A DNA stretch of 64,000 bases. Origin: Takakia lepidozioides. Taxonomy: Eukaryota > Plantae > Bryophyta. Both the position numbers and the translations under genes were made by a program. The notes under the pieces were generated by a model. It was not told the origin of the DNA. It searched no databases and saw only the letters and a list, made by a program, of their open reading frames with translations. This document shows, piece by piece, positions 61,831 to 64,000 of the stretch (positions are counted from its first letter, which is position 1; each line of letters opens with the position of its first letter). The stretch covers positions 31,124,001-31,188,000 of the forward strand of contig CM060731.1 in NCBI GenBank assembly GCA_030704615.1, written 5' to 3'.

Positions 61831-64000
61831 TTTCACTCTCTGCATCCAACATTTACGTGATGATCTAGACTTCTCAAACAACAAATCTAGATTGTACCTT
61901 GGTGTTTAGTTTATGATTTTAATGAATAGATATGGCTTCAAGCTCTTATGAACAAATTGAAAGAGAGAGGACTTAATTTGAAAATGTTTTTGAGACAATC
62001 TAATTATGTTAAATGAATTTTGAGGGAATCATTCTCCTAAGATGATAAAAGACATGGATAATGACCTACTCCATCAAGATCCTTGCCTTAGGCGTTGTTC
62101 GATATTCCTTATTATTTTTGGATGATAAGCTCAAGAAGGCCTCTATTGAAGAGGCGCAACGGATGGTTACCTTGGAAACAGAGGCAAGACCTTAAAGGAA
62201 GAAAATCATTGAAGCCAAACAGAGTGCTTTTTGCACTAAGTTTGCTACAGAAATTGCATGTGGCTAAGCTTTCCAAGCGACTACCCTTGCCGAGGCTAAG
62301 CTGCATTTGAATGCATGTATCTTGCTAGAGTGGAGAAAATTGGGTGTCCCAAAATTCCTAGTGACTCGAGGGAGGCTTGATGTTTTAGGAAGCAGCTAAT
62401 ATCTTCATCTAGATCATTTAGTTGATTTCCTTTATGGAGTAAATTGTAAAAGATAGTACGGTTGTTCTACTCACGAATGTGAGATATGTATGGAAGACGA
62501 GTTGCATGACCATGATTTTATCTGCAAGGAACAAATTGTGAGTGATGTTATGTAGGAAGAATTTGTTTTTAATTGATCAAGATGTGTTGGTTAATGTGGA
62601 CGAGGACTTCGAGCATGAGTGTGTGGGACTCTGCAATCCCACCAACCCTATTGAATACTATATTGTGCATATGTTCACAATCAACGAAAAGGTGATCTGA
62701 ATAGCTATCACGCAAGTGGCTACTTTGTTGAAGAAACCAAACGGCATCTGACATTTTTAGAGTGGGACTGCTTACCTACGTGAGGGACATCACTTCATCA
62801 TTTCATACCCAGGCCACACATGACATATGCATTGCCTCAACGTAGTTCCCATGATGCGTCCGCGGCATTGGGGTGAACGGGAGTTGGATTATCGTCTAAA
62901 ACCCCGACAAAGGGGGCCCTTTGCATGCAGCAGTGTCAGGCTGTTCCTACGTTGCCAACGAGGCATCCGCTTGATATAGTGTTCTAACACAAGAGAAACT
63001 ACGCTATGGAGATGGAAGTGCGTTCCTTGAATGCTGTAGCATGTAGTAGGGCACCGCCAGTGTGGGAAAGCGCCATGAGAGCAGGAAAAGGAGGAAATAA
63101 TTCTATCATGACATCGTCCTTTGCCTTGCTGGATCTTAACTACCAATCCCTGCTCTACTTCAAACCGGGTCCCACCAAAGAAGGATGGGGCTCAAGTGTG
63201 GCCACTTGGCTTGCAGCGTTGGGAAGACGCCGTTCCCGTTCCCCGACATGAGAGGCAAATGTTATGTGTGACCTTGCTATCCAACATACTCAGCACTCAT
63301 CACCACTCATCACCATCGGAAAGATAATTAAAGGTTGAAACTCTTTTCTTGTTGTGATTGCGGTTGAATGTTCCCCCAGGTCTAAGCCTAAACTGATTCT
63401 TAAACAAGAATTTGTCATAAAAGTGGGAGAGTAGAAGGCATATATCAAAATAGCTTTAACCATGGGGTCGTGTATAGTGACAACTTGTTTATGACGGATG
63501 GGGTGTTTGGGACTAAAACACATCGTGCAACTCCATTGTCTAGTAAAGAGAAGAAAACAAGTGGCAATGTGTGTATTAATTAGAAGCTGATTGAACTGAT
63601 TACTCCATTTTTATAGCTCATGGATTGGTCATAATGGGCAACATACAAGTACGTGGCTTTAAATCCACAAGTACCACTTTTAAGAGTAGAGCCATATGCT
63701 TCCATATTTCATTGCAACGTTTAGCAAGTGTTTGCGCAAATCCACCCCCCCACCATGGAAAAATTTGTGACGGAACCGACGGGGGGCGGTACTCTGCAAC
63801 GGCAAACCGTCGCATATAATTTGACCCCGACGTCGCAAAACACGCCCTCTGCGACGGCTTGTAGTTACACGTCGTCGTAGGTCAACCTTTGATTTTTGCA
63901 ATGGCCACATTGCGACGTTTTTCCATCACAAAATGACACTCTAATATTTTTTCCGGCAACCAATGATGCTAGTAACCCTACATTCGACGTCTGGACGTTG

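Noticed and set aside
63760-63925. CACTA-like subterminal repeats (tgcgacg/cgtcgca)
   Set aside because: The repeats are present but no CACTA/TAGTG terminus can be tied to them inside the window.

Overview
Nuclear DNA from a land plant. The moss/liverwort/lycophyte-style PLS-DYW PPR genes suggest a non-seed plant with abundant organellar RNA editing (inference). Host genes: a proton pump-interactor (PPI1-like), a divergent XRCC4-like gene, a small-multidrug-export-family membrane protein, two intact PLS-class PPR-DYW editing factors plus one pseudogene, an FQR1-like flavodoxin quinone reductase, a RALF-like peptide, 20S proteasome alpha-1 (PAA1) and tRNA-Gly(GCC). Repeats: a degraded Ty1/copia, a Ty3/gypsy RT relic, an L1-type relic, a 257-bp tandem array and eight pieces of one LINE family. 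Main observations: (1) two tandem PPR-DYW genes whose 5' exons encode OSB-type 'PDF' ssDNA-binding motifs, giving a PDF-PPR-DYW deaminase architecture; (2) a LINE family that inserts at TCT/(TC)n sites and has stacked three times at one site in a PAA1 intron; (3) a TTAA-flanked, CCC-terminated piggyBac-like non-autonomous element just upstream of PAA1; (4) an XRCC4 paralog lacking the Ligase IV-binding segment. All exon structures and homologies were assigned by eye, without database searches.
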